64,000 nucleotides of DNA from Paraphysomonas bandaiensis (Eukaryota > Protista > Chrysophyceae), in assembly GCA_965644295.1 (NCBI GenBank), contig CBFFRP010000024.1, positions 11,885 through 75,884 on the forward strand, read 5' to 3'. Positions within the stretch are counted from its first letter, which is position 1. The number at the start of each line of letters is the position of its first letter. The notes beneath the pieces are model-generated. The model worked only from the letters and a program-made list of their open reading frames with translations, did no database searches and had not been told where the DNA came from. The position numbers were made by a program, and so were the translations under genes. This document shows, piece after piece, positions 1-12,139 of this stretch.

Positions 1-188
1 TCACTCTGCGTGCTTCATACAACACGCAAGAACTATATATGTGGTATATGATGTGAATATATTACTCTGTGCTCTTCATGCAACATACAGGGACTATATA
101 TGTGTTATATGGTGTGTAGTATCACACTTTGCCCCTCATACAACACGCAAAGACTATATATGTGGTATATGATATATGCGTTCACTCT
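1..188 (-). repeat. Left arm of a long inverted repeat (continues left of the window)
   Basis: 1-188 is the reverse complement of 1428-1615, with one mismatch seen by eye. It is built of ~55-60 bp subrepeats. Confidence 0.92.
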
Positions 189-189
189 A

Positions 190-411
190 GGGATGTATTA
201 TTTAACCTAGTCGAAATGGTTGAACTACCTAGTCACACCAAAATTGGTGTAAAAACCTAGTTAAGTAGGTGAAAAGTTTAGTCATTTAATAATTCATATT
301 TTCAGTTTACAATGACTAGGTTGACTAGGTGTTTTAATGTATTCACCTAGTCAAAAATAATAACTTCTACTCAAACATGGGAGCATACTCTAGCCATCAA
401 TTAATGCAAAT
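190..411 (+). mobile_element. Non-autonomous DNA element/MITE fragment (GGGAT-start, CTAGTCA-rich family), copy 1
   Basis: Shares GGGATnnnTTATT..ACCTAGTC..TGGT...AATGACTAGG with 14557-14675 (-) and 21410-21608 (+). The GGG terminus next to TA/TAA resembles PIF/Harbinger (Tourist) MITEs. Confidence 0.6.
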
Positions 412-484
412 GCATCTATTGTACACATGCAATGCATCACATTTCGTCTTCGCAATCGAACGAGAAATGCGCAGTTTCTCGTGA

Positions 485-1080
485 TCAAGTCCGGTGGTGT
501 TCGACAGCCTCCTTCATTTCATGGACATCGAACCCAACAATCTTAGGGTGTGGAAGTATGTCATCAGGGGCATCCGAGAACCGACACTGCCATCGAAGGA
601 GTTTTTGATTCTTGTGATTCGGCACTACGCGGTAATCTACGCACATACCATTCAGGTACTGGGGGTGACGAACGTACGTATTCTTCCAGTTCCCTGGCTT
701 GAGGGCCATGACATCAATGGATTCATCATTGATTAAAGCTTTGGCTGCATTGCGAGGCCGGCCGCGTTTCCTAGCAGGCCTGATTGAGCTGGACATGTGC
801 TTCACATCAATGTCCCCTGGTGGTAATATTAAGAAATATAATTAAGAAAGAAATGTACTACCCATACCTCTCAAGTGATGTACTGCTAGCGAGTGGGGGC
901 GGTATCGACCATTGTCCCAAAACCTAGGGCAGCTACAAACAAGAGAGGTACAGGTCTTGCGCTTCACTTTGTAGGGAACCTCTCGAACAACATACATACT
1001 GAGTAAACACATACATCGGGGCGATGGAAGTAGCGTATCATATGGTGGTGGTAGCACGCACAGCGTATGGTTAAGTTTGA
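485..1080 (-). pseudogene. C-terminal remnant of a Mutator-like (MULE) transposase (degenerate SWIM finger + AT-hook)
   Basis: CSCPRFWDNGRY(R)PH is a SWIM CxC..CxH motif with a C>R change. A GT-AG intron at 867-817 joins it in frame to GDIDVKHMSSSIRPARKRGRPR. It lies between long inverted arms. Confidence 0.65.
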
Positions 1081-1187
1081 TGTTGCTGATTTTTATATTT
1101 GAACACTCTAATCCACAGTGCACGCTTGTTTTAAGTTTTTAATAGATAACGTAGTTTTTGCTTTAAGGGTTTACTATTTACTATTTA

Positions 1188-2070
1188 CTACACGTCATAT
1201 ACCATAAATTGAGTGCTTGTGTACTGTACGAAACGCACATAGTAAACATACAGATCACTAAAAAAACACTTCAATAGTCTCTCTGTGTTATATGAACCAC
1301 AGAGTGCAAAAATACACATCATATAGCACTTAAATAGTCCTTTTGTATTGCATGAAGAGCACATAGTGAATACATAATACATACATCATACAATACTTAT
1401 ATAGTCCCTGCGTGTCGCATGGTGCGAAGAGTGAACGCATATATCATATACCACATATATAGTCTTTGCGTGTTGTATGAGGGGCAAAGTGTGATACTAC
1501 GCACCATATAACACATATATAGTCCCTGTATGTTGCATGAAGAGCACAGAGTAATATATTCACATCATATACCACATATATAGTTCTTGCGTGTTGTATG
1601 AAGCACGCAGAGTGAATATACAGACAGTCTCTGTGTGCGGTGTAAAGCACACACAGCGAACATACAGATCATATACCACATATATAGTTCTTGCGTGTTG
1701 TATGAAGCACGCAGAGTGAATATACAGACAGTCTCTGTGTGCGGTGTAAAGCACACACAGCGAACACACAGATCATATACCACATATATAGTTCTTGCGT
1801 GTTGTATGAAGCACGCAGAGTGAATATACAGAGCACATTTCACATATACAGTCTCTGTGTGCTGTGTAAAGCACACACAGCGAACATACAGATCATATAC
1901 CACATATATGGTCTCAATGTGTTGTATGAAGCACATACAGAGAACATATACCACATACATGGTCTATATATGTTGTATGAAGCACACAGAGCGAAAACAC
2001 AGAACATATACCACATATCTAGATCTTGAACTGTTGCATGAACATGAACACACGGAGTGCATACATGTAT
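1188..2070 (+). repeat. Satellite-like right arm of the inverted repeat (~55-60 bp units; 104-bp higher-order repeat at 1564/1668/1772)
   Basis: Recurring ATCATATACCACATATATAGT...GTGTTGTATGAAGCAC units. Outer boundaries are approximate. Confidence 0.85.
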
Positions 2071-3018
2071 AGCTGGTGAATAGGTAATCTATGCTGATAT
2101 GCCATAAGATGACGACTTCAATATTCGTGAAAACACAGTCTTAAAATATTGTAACGAGAATACGAATAATAACAAGGTCATGTGTAGCACTAGCATCTAT
2201 AATCATGTAAACAAGCAGCAGAATGCAACAAGAGACAATATAACACACTTATATACTCTTCCACTCAAACACCTACACTTCAACACAGATGACACAAACA
2301 CAATGAAGCCATATATCGCATAGATTCGATATATATCCGCAAATACACTACAAATGAGACTAATAATGAAGTGAGGTCTGCGCATGGAAGACTCGCTATT
2401 GTCTACATAGCAGCTGAAGGATTATCTCCCCTAAAAATACAAACAGTGAGCTTACAGGAAGCGGCAACAACGCTGAGTGCATCACCAGGTTCAGAGGACC
2501 AGGAATACATCCCTCTCACTCCCCATCATCTGATATTTCAACCAGATATCAGTGTTGATGTGACTAACCACAGGAACTATCCATTCTTATGTATTGGTGT
2601 ATTTATTATGACAGGAGTGTACAAATATGATGATTTTAAAGGAATATACATACATGTATATCTATATGAAAATCCAAATCCAAGCAATTCTGATGATAAA
2701 AAACACACTAAAGAATGGCACCTCAAAAAACAGCGGCACCGGAAAACGGAGCGAGTGGTATACGAACTATATACTGTACAGCAGTAGCTGGGGGATACCA
2801 CTATACAGCAGTATATATATATGTATGTAGTATGTAGAGTATTACTGTCATGTATGGATGACTGACATATTGCCCACTCTCTCTATACATACAATTATAT
2901 ATATTTCCTGTGTTCTCTACCTCATAAGAAAGAGAACTCTTTCCCATAGAATCATATAACTTCTTATCATGATATTACTATTCAAATTATCAGCATAACT
3001 CTATACAATCACTCCTCT

Positions 3019-6000
3019 ATGAAATTCATTCTACAGTTAGTTATTAATGTAGCCATGTCATTTATGTCTGCTATAACAAAATTTATTGCTGGTTATAAAC
3101 ATGGTGAAAATGATATCTATTTTTTTATATGTGGGATACTGTTACTAATCAGTTTGTTCTATCCATGGGTATTAATACTAGCATTTCTTGCATTGTTGCC
3201 CTCTTTTCATGAGCAATTATCTTTTAATCCTGAATTAGTGAAATCTGCACATTCGTCAATGGAAGAAAGGTAGAAAACTTTATTGTAATTATAAATTATA
3301 TTGTAATGTTGTATTAGGGATGGTTTACAACCTGATGAGGATGAAACACCTGATAGCCACCCCGCCACAACAACTGTTTATCTTCCATGTGATGTTGTCG
3401 ACGATCCTAGTACATCCTCATCCCACCAACCTACTCCAAATGACACACCAAAGGCAAGTCCTTCTCGTCCAAAGCCGAAGAAAATTCGTAAAATGCGTCC
3501 CGCTAAAGAAGAGTGGGGTATGCCAACTCTTAGGGTTCTTGATCAGAGTGGTAAAATTATCCCCGTAAATTCCGAAAAACCTGTACCAATCGAGTCGGAG
3601 TATTTCAAAGGGTGTATTTTGATCATGGTGAAATGCGATGGAGATTTGAGTGAATACAATAGACATGCGAACCATTTTCAAGGCAAGCAACGCAAGTTCG
3701 AAGTTCAATTTCAGGTACTTGCAGTTTATTTTGTGTGTCGCTCAATCATATTAATAATTAGGGACAAATGAAATTTCTCCCTAAAGGCGAAGTCATGCTG
3801 GGTGGCGAGTTATTTGATAAAATGCAAATTAGCTTCGTGACACGATCTCTTCTATCGTTTCTGATGAAATTTGCTATGAGTCTTAATCCTTTTCTTCACT
3901 TTGGATTTGGAGAGGAACACCGCAAGGATGGTATGTTTGAATATCCTCACCTGACGTTTCCATTATTCCGAGTGATGGATCGTGTTGTGGTGACTCCTCC
4001 AGGTAATTATTCAAAGTTTCATCGTTGACGGTATATGTGCGTTATATATATGTATGCATTACCAGGCGGCGAACTCCCTACACTCGGAAAGGAGCTTCCA
4101 GAGGTGGACGCAGACCGAATTGCACGCAGAAGCGGAAAAGGACCCCATATGACGTTTCAGCAGGATCACACTTACAGCTTTTCTTTTCACTCTATGTATG
4201 TCGACTTCTCGCGGTGGTCTATATGCAACTTTCCTGGATACCGGGCTATTGACTTAAAGAACTTTTTAGGGCAGCAGAATATCAAGGTTGTGTGCTATGA
4301 GTTGGTACCGCCCGAAAATTCAAATTCTGATTCAAATAAGAGTTTACCACACTACAATGCGTACAAGAAGTATTTGACCTCTATGGAACTGACTCATGTG
4401 TCCATCATGACCCCAGAAGAAATTGCTGCCTCAACTAAGGAGCTGGAATACGTCGACGGTGAGCTACGTGTCAGTGACAGCGGCTGCGATCCGCCAGCAG
4501 GACTAGAGGACGACACGGCATCTGTAGATTCTGCAGAGAGCCGAAGCCGAAGCGAACTATCTGATGAGGCAATAGATAATGAGCGAAAACTGTCCAGTGA
4601 ATCCGTGGAGGGGTTTGATAGGACGAAGTTAGGCCGAATCACAAGTGGTTCATTCGATGAGGACGAAAACAGGGAGTGCGATTCTGAGCAAATTGATTCC
4701 ACTACATGTAATGAAGAGCCTCTTCTAGGTGCGCTCGGTACTGGCGCAGAATATGTGCCCGCAAATACGGTAGTATCTCTTATATCTTTGCCCCCTACTT
4801 GGGAGGCCAAGCCGAAAGCGACGGAAAATGTTGGAGACGAGAGCGAACTCAATGGCGACGGAGAATACTTTTTCGGTGACTGTCACGTGAGTATTGGCGA
4901 TGTTGGTGGAGTTGCAATGAGGAAAGAATGTCGAGATATTCCTATCGTCCGTTTTATCCGTGCAACCCCTCATTCGTCGTCTAGTGGTCAATCCTCCGTC
5001 TATCGCTATCCTCTGACCACATTGAAGAGATCGATCGTTGGGGGAGTACAAGCAGGAATGGGAATGCACTCTTCCATCTCCCACCGCCCCCCAGCCAGCT
5101 CTCCTGTTACCGTCCCCAGTACTCCGGGATATGAGTCTTTGCATAATATTTCTGATGGCTCGGCCTCAGTTAACGACCAGTCTCTCTTATGTAGTGGGGA
5201 CGAAGTCATGATACAGTGCGCCTCTTCAGGTCGGTATTTGACTGTACATCGCGGATGGTGGGTGAGCTGGACAGCTGAGGACACAGGATCGAAATGTGTG
5301 TTCACAATAAACATGATGAGTTCAACAGGACTTTCATATGCCCCGAAGGGATCAAGACTGATTGCTGGGAAGCCCTTTCGGCTTCGATCTGTGCGCTGGC
5401 CAGGATGGGAGGTATATTGAAAATCTTTGTTTACTCTTTCTTGTGTGATTGCGATCGATTTATTGTTGCTACGACTTATTGACAAATGTGATATGACAAT
5501 TTCGTTAGTGTTTGTGATTGTTGTACTTCAATGCAGATTGGGTGTTATGACTCCTGTCACGCTGAACGCATTGGACAGCCGGTAGTTCTATACCATAGCC
5601 GAATAGGTAGTGACCGCAGCGCAATCAATCACCCTGTGAAGTGGGGCAAGAACGGTAAACTTGTTAGTCCTGTTTGTCTCTGTGTTATGCCTGAGGTTAA
5701 TGTAACTTACCTCGAATCTGAGAGAGCTAAATCCCCCAACTCGATGTTTTATACACCGACAAGCAAACCGAAGACAATTGCTAATAATTCTGCTGGGGCC
5801 ACCCCTGTGAAGATGGAGAAAAACAAGTCGGAGACAACTGAGGATAGCGATACTTCTGCGCCGGCATTTTTTGATCTACAGATATCAGATGAAGAACTCT
5901 GCTCGGATACTCTGAATATATCAATTGTTGGATGGGCAGAAGTTTTGAATCGAAGGATGAATCGTCGACAGTTGGCGTACATAATTCATGCGAGCTATTA

Positions 6001-8389
6001 TATGGGCGATACCTTAAAACAGTGGACCACTCTCCGCACTCAAGAAGAACTTGAACGGATCATTAACTTAATCCCATCCGAGTATGGTGGGGGTTCTTAC
6101 GATGCCCCTTCACCATCCGCCTCTCATCACAACAGGTCCAAGAGACGGGGATACTACGGAGCAGTTTCGGGTTCAATGGTACCGGAAAGTCCCCAACTGA
6201 CGTCTCCCAAAAAATTAGAAATGTTGAAGCGAAATGTGAATTTCTCTACAATATCAGCTCGCCACCAGTGCTCTGCTGATCAAAGTGTTCATTTGATGGC
6301 GCAACGCATCCAACTGCTTCTGGAAAGAGATGCTCCAGCATCGACTGTAACAAGCGATTCTCCACCATCTCCACCCGCACCTACCATGTCAAATGACTCA
6401 TGGGGCGATTCACGGGAAGCCGTGGATGAATCTGGGTCTCAAACAGACGAAGCTGCTACAAAACTGGTGTCGTCTCCATCGGTGCGAGAAGCTGGGCAGA
6501 GTTTCGATAATATGGATGGCGAAGTAGGAGTGTCTTGTGATAAGGATGACTTATCTGAGCCTACCAGTGAAAGTTCTCCCCAAATATCTCCAAGTAATAT
6601 CTCTGTTAAGAGCACCGAAGCTGCGGAGAGTGCACCCGTGACTGCCGAACCCACTGATGATTCTGTGAACAGTATTTGTCCGCATGATGAAGACGCTGCG
6701 CCTTCAGCTGAAATTCACTCAAAGAGTGGTGAGGATGGAGGTGTGCGTGCACAATCTCCCGCCCGTGCAGTTTTTCTCAATGCCCTCATCAAACCTCAGA
6801 TTCTGGATACTTGGTTTTTGCATGAAGACGCAGAGAGGTATTTGGTTGCTCCGACATCACGCCGTGCACCACCTAGACAGCATGTTGCTATGGTTGCTCG
6901 TGCGTTATGGGACTCTCATTGGCGCGAAGAGATTGCAGTACTGTATCCGTCATATCTTGCATTCTACCCCTTGTTGGCCAAAAAGGCCTCTTGGACACTA
7001 TACCTACAGGAATTAATCGGTGTGTCACATGTTCCGGATGATAATTCACCACTACCTGGTTTTTCTGTGTTAAAAATCGAAACTATTGGACGGGTACATT
7101 ACATCGCTTTTTCCAATAAAGAAACTTGCAATCTTATGGCAGCCAGTGTATTAGAACACTTAACTACCATCACTTTTGACACTAGTATGCCGTCCTTTGG
7201 AGACATGACTGACCCACGTGATCGATTTGTATTAAAGAGTGGTCGATGGCGACCAGCGGGACGAAGACTAGTTCTGAATGCAAGGAAGTTTTCATTTGAT
7301 ATAGACCAGTCATCGTTTGCCACAGTTGAAGCAGATTCCTCTCGCACCCCATCTCCAAGTGGAGACCCAGCATTGAATCAGCCGAATACTGCACAAGAGA
7401 CATACTGGGCATTTTCTGCTCGTTTGCTCAAAACTGTTTTTCAGTTAGACTCAAGTAACAGCATACGGATCACACCGGAAGAGTTAAAACATCAGCGGGA
7501 GCTTTTGACGAACGAGTTTGACGGTGGAAGTCCGACGGGGGTATCATTTGGGACCAATTCGGATGGCCTGTTTCCAGGAAGGTAAGTGTTAACAGGGAAT
7601 TACGATAACTGAAATTTGGGCTGACATGTGTTGCATGTAGGGAGAAAATAATATCCTTTTTGGATGAAACTGTTAGGTTGAAGTTAATTAATATTCAGGA
7701 GGATATCGATTTAAATTCTCCGGAAGCACTCTGTTTCTTTATTAATATATATCACACACTACTCATCCATGCCAGGCTTGTACTCAGCCCACCATCAACA
7801 CAGGTAATATCCTTAAGTTGCAGCGTCTTATCTATAGCTAATTGTTATTATTTAGGATTGGGCAACCTTTTTCGAAAATGTGAGTTATGAAATCGGTGGA
7901 GACGTATTTTCCTTAGCAGAATTGGAGCACTGTGTCATTGGTGGCCGACTACATCGTCCTACAACCGTTCCACGAAACTTCTGTGCTCCTCCTCCCATTA
8001 GTGATGATCATTATGCGTATGCGCTCCAGTTGGCTGATAGGCGGGTGCGGTTTATCGTTAATTGTTGCTCAATATCAAACCCACCTGTGATTTACCTGAT
8101 GAAGCCGGAGAATATGTACATTCATCTAAACGAAGCCAGTGTGGCCCTTTTCGATTATTGTCTGCAAGTTGATATGCGTAAGCGCACTGCTATACTTCCC
8201 AAGATATGTGATACCTACAGATCTGACTTCGGCAGTAATTCCCAAGAAGTATTACGTCATATTTTGAGGTACCTTGGACGAGAAAATTGGGAGAAGGTCT
8301 CAATTCTTCTCACTGGCCAGAAACAACCGATTGTAAAATTTCAAGACATGAAGTGCCGCTCTCATGATAGTCTCCAGTTGATTGCGTGA
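3019..8389 (+). CDS. Multi-exon protein: N-terminal TM segments, DUF1769, central PH-like region, C-terminal DUF547
   Basis: FQGKQRKFEVQFQG...GEVMLGGEL...YPHLTFPLFRVMDRVVVTPPG (DUF1769-like). FFINIYHTLLIHA...YEIGGDVFSLAELEHCVI...DRRVRFIVNC (DUF547-like). GT-AG introns such as 3270-3317 and 3715-3761 join the ORFs in frame. Confidence 0.85.
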
Positions 8390-8572
8390 CATGTTTTGTG
8401 AGCGTGTATTGGAACTGTATTTTTATTATAAAAATGGAGTTTAATCGGGCTTATAAGTATATAGTATAAACTGACTTCAAGTTCTCCTCGATTTATTTGC
8501 TAGACTGTTTTATTGCCACACTGCCCTCCGCAAGTAGTTAAAATCGGATTCGTTTGACAGCTCCGTGTATAT

Positions 8573-9014
8573 TGTAGTAGTGAATGTCATATTATAGCAA
8601 CACGTGGTTAAGCATTAGAACTACTTTAGCATTGCAATTTAACTAACTTGTGTTTATATCGTACATCGTACTATGTAAAGCTACGAAAGTGCGACCATTT
8701 TCGCTCTATCACTCCAAGCGAACGCAGTGAGCAAGCAGAATGTGGATATACCTGACACCTTCTGACTTAAGTGTTTTTGAGTCCTTAAGGTGAGCAGCCC
8801 AAAGCCCAATACCCCGGATGCCCCTGAGGTTGTCTGTTTATTCGTCAAGGCCCAAAGACGTCTACACTAGTGTCCCTGTCCCTTGTACACACAAGCATGC
8901 ATATCCGCTGACTGCTGACTATATATGCGGCTCACGTTAGTTTTCCGGAGAAATATATCCGGTATTTATCCCCCTAAACACGACGAAGAGGTGCGAGTCT
9001 AACTTTGTTGAGGG
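8573..9014 (-). mobile_element. Ribozyme-headed SINE-like retroposon, diverged copy
   Basis: Homologous to 14037-14550 and 51262-51767. Imperfect TSD: TCCGTGTATAT (8562-8572) / TCCTTGTATAT (9015-9025). Confidence 0.75.
8929..9014 (-). ncRNA. Candidate HDV-like self-cleaving ribozyme (SINE 5' end)
   Basis: P1 CCCTCAAC/GTTTAGGG, L3 TCTTCGT, P4 CCGGA/TCCGG, J4/2 ..CTAAC, P2 CTCGC/GTGAG. P3 has one mismatch in this copy. Confidence 0.55.
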
Positions 9015-9531
9015 TCCTTGTATATAAGTTTTAAGAAAGATTTTTTCGTGTAAACTTTGCAAAGCACACACTTTGTACTCTGTAATATATGACCGCATAA
9101 ATATTTAGGTAACTAGCAGAAGAAAAGGATATGCGGCTGCATTGCTTAATATCTCAGACTCCACACATACTATCTACTATATAACACTATAGGCTGTTCA
9201 CTTTAAAGCTAAACCTAAAAGATTGGTATGTACGTATGTACATCACATATTGAAGTCTACTCAAATGCATGTAATTCAATAGGGGAGAATAATTACACTA
9301 TCGAATTAACCTCTCTCGTATTTATGTTCAGACCAAGCTACCTTATTGCGAATATTATGATGGCGTGACAACACTACACGCCATTTACTTCCACAAATAC
9401 AAAACTATTATTTATCAGCAGAACAATTGAAATCGATATACATGCTAGGTGATCACACAGCTAATACCCTATGAGATGAAATTGCAAATCACACACGGTA
9501 AACAATATTCTTACGTGAATGTATCATATCG

Positions 9532-10605
9532 TTACCACACGAATGACACAAGGCCACACAAATTCGCTCCAGTGAGGGCATCTTTTAGAGCGCATGTTGC
9601 TCCTCGCAAGACAACAGTCAGCGCACTCTGTGTGCCTTGATCCAGAGGTGGTACAGCAGCAGCAGTGACTTGTAACTTTTCTGCTAACTCCTGAGCCTTG
9701 TCATCAGATATACCAGAGCTGCTCGAGAAATCTAAATATACGAGAGAACGATTATACAGCACTGCTGTGTCTGCTTTGACTATCTTCGCCATTGGAGAGA
9801 CAACATCTGGAAACTCTTCTAAGCCATCTTTCTTGCGTTTCTTGTTAGCGTCTTTTATCGCCTTATTGCGATCATTAACCAGTTTTACAATACCTTTCAG
9901 CTCTCCCTCCAGCTCTGGAGTAACTGGAGTTCCTGAAAGTAGGGAATCGAGGCCAGACAATATAGAATTGATTGAAACTACATTATTCTTGACTGATAGA
10001 GTAGATAGTGAAATAGCTAAAGGTAATATCTCAAATAACTGCGTTATTCCTTCGTCCGAAACAACGTTATCAGATATATTAAGAGCTTCAAGGGATGCAT
10101 GATTTCTGAGTTCAATTCTACATTCCGAAATAAACTTATCACTCAAAGAATTTCCTTTGAGTGACAAGTATCGCAGCCCCGGAGATGAGGCGATAAGAGC
10201 TTTCAAGGATGAAATGAAAGTATCTTGATCACCAGAAAATTCCAAGTATTCCAACTTTAGGGATTCTATTCCGTCACTTGCTTTCAACAGCATCCCCAAA
10301 TCATCAAGATGTTGGGATGTAACAGTAACATTTACAAGACATATTTCTAATATCGCACTCGCAGGAGCAGCACATGTAACCATCATAGCACGCCAATTAG
10401 CAATATCCATGACACAATTAATAACTTTACATGAATACTTAGATGGTGTAACTTCCTCAAATTTCACCATTGGACACGGTACAATGCTTTGCTTTGAACA
10501 ACATGTTTGATAATCATTCAAACAAGATCCACTAGATGTAAATTTACCAAGTTCATTCCCGAAATTAGAGTATGTAATAGTTGAGTTAACGTCTGTGGAC
10601 CACAT
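9532..10605 (-). CDS. Leucine-rich repeat (RNI-like, LRRC71-like) protein
   Basis: 357-aa ORF with LRYLSLKGNSL, LEALNISDNVV, LSTLSVKNNVV and LVYLDFS repeats plus a basic KKRKK insert. Confidence 0.8.
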   Translation of the reverse strand: MWSTDVNSTITYSNFGNELGKFTSSGSCLNDYQTCCSKQSIVPCPMVKFEEVTPSKYSCKVINCVMDIANWRAMMVTCAAPASAILEICLVNVTVTSQHLDDLGMLLKASDGIESLKLEYLEFSGDQDTFISSLKALIASSPGLRYLSLKGNSLSDKFISECRIELRNHASLEALNISDNVVSDEGITQLFEILPLAISLSTLSVKNNVVSINSILSGLDSLLSGTPVTPELEGELKGIVKLVNDRNKAIKDANKKRKKDGLEEFPDVVSPMAKIVKADTAVLYNRSLVYLDFSSSSGISDDKAQELAEKLQVTAAAVPPLDQGTQSALTVVLRGATCALKDALTGANLCGLVSFVW

Positions 10606-11254
10606 GACTCTGAATAGACTGTGTATGTATGTGTATTCGTGTTATGGATGTAATTTCTATGATCTATAGATAGAAAAAGTGAGAAAGAGTTTGTTGATAA
10701 TGAATAGATTGTTTTTATAGGATAGTTTGAATGGTATTTAATGCTATAGTTTGTCTTGTGGTATGTATGTCTTGTGTGTGTCTTAAAGTATGAGATGTGC
10801 TGTAAGTGTGCTGTGCTATACATACATACACATACACTCATATATAAACATATAATAGACTACATACAAATACAGTGGAATACAGAGATTACATCTATAA
10901 CGGTTGCACTGTTGCACGTTGCACTTTTTAGGATGTGTATGTAGGAACTAGAATACAATGTATTCCACAAGAACCGTAAATTAGCAGTGAAATCCATAGA
11001 ATCTGTGGAATTAAAGGATTTATATACAGCAATAGTATGAGTTTTTTATAATATCCTCATTTTCTTGTTATTTTATAAGGGAATATCACCACAGCAGTAG
11101 TCACAGCAGAGTGTATGTCCCACTTGTAATGTACATACATGTACATACACTGCTGTATAGTACATACGTATATATATACATACTCATCTCATAATCTTGT
11201 AGCGTATTAGCACTCTATAGCCTCGTATAGTCTGTGGATATTATCAGTTGTGAT

Positions 11255-12139
11255 ATGTCGAATATATCTGTTCTGAACGATGATGTGATTCGTCTCATCA
11301 TCTCTATGATCCCACACACAGCTCTCCTTCCTGTGATTATGACTTGTAAGAGATTTCACGATATGGCTGATAGCATGAGAGATGAGAGAAGAGAGAGACT
11401 TGAGTCACATGTATCTCACTACTGTATGACCAACTCAATGGTCTCATGGGCTCTGTCTGTGGGCTGTCCATACATGCTGATGATGAATGGATGTGCACTA
11501 TACGGCAGAATACAGCAGATGAAACACCTCAGAAGACTTAATACACATCCACACGGCTCTACACACATATGGAATGAAACGACATGCAGTGCTGCTGCTT
11601 GTGGTGGGCACTTGGATATTTTGAAATGGCTTCACTCACAGGACCCTCCATGCCCATGGAATGTACGAACTTGTACAAGTGCTGCTACTGGCGGACACTT
11701 AGGTGTTCTAAAGTGGCTTCGATCACGAAACCCTCCATGTCCATGGAGTCACGCAACCTGCACTGGTGCTGCTAGTGGTGGACACTTGGATGTTCTGAAG
11801 TGGCTTCGTTCCCAGGACCCTCCATGTCCATGGAATGTACACACTTGTAGCGGTGCTGCTAGTGGTGGACACTTAGGTGTTCTGAAGTGGCTTCGATCAC
11901 GAAACCCTCCATGTCCATGGCGTGAATTGACTTGCACTGGTGCTGCTAGTGGTGGACACTTGGATGTTCTGAAGTGGCTTCGCTCACAGGACCCTCCATG
12001 TCCATGGGATGAACACACTTGTAGCGCTGCTGCTAGTGGTGGGCACTTGGGTGTTCTGAAGTGGCTGCGTTCACAGGAACCTCCATGTCCATGGAATGAG
12101 CACACTTGTAGCACTGCTGCAGAGACTCAATTGTTCTGA
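11255..12139 (+). CDS. F-box-like + 29-aa ankyrin-like repeat protein, copy 1 (6 repeats; a 7th is frameshifted)
   Basis: N-terminal LNDDVIRLIISMIP..LLPVIMTCKRF (F-box-like), then repeats TCxxAAxGGHLxVLKWLRSxxPPCPW. A 7-nt deletion near 12125 causes an early stop. Confidence 0.8.
   Translation: MSNISVLNDDVIRLIISMIPHTALLPVIMTCKRFHDMADSMRDERRERLESHVSHYCMTNSMVSWALSVGCPYMLMMNGCALYGRIQQMKHLRRLNTHPHGSTHIWNETTCSAAACGGHLDILKWLHSQDPPCPWNVRTCTSAATGGHLGVLKWLRSRNPPCPWSHATCTGAASGGHLDVLKWLRSQDPPCPWNVHTCSGAASGGHLGVLKWLRSRNPPCPWRELTCTGAASGGHLDVLKWLRSQDPPCPWDEHTCSAAASGGHLGVLKWLRSQEPPCPWNEHTCSTAAETQLF

Noticed and set aside
1188-2072. Many short Cys/Tyr/His-rich ORFs
   Set aside because: These are translations of the satellite arm in several frames.
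2371-2830. 138-aa and 67-aa ORFs upstream of the DUF1769 gene
   Set aside because: Non-ATG start or low complexity, and no recognisable domain.
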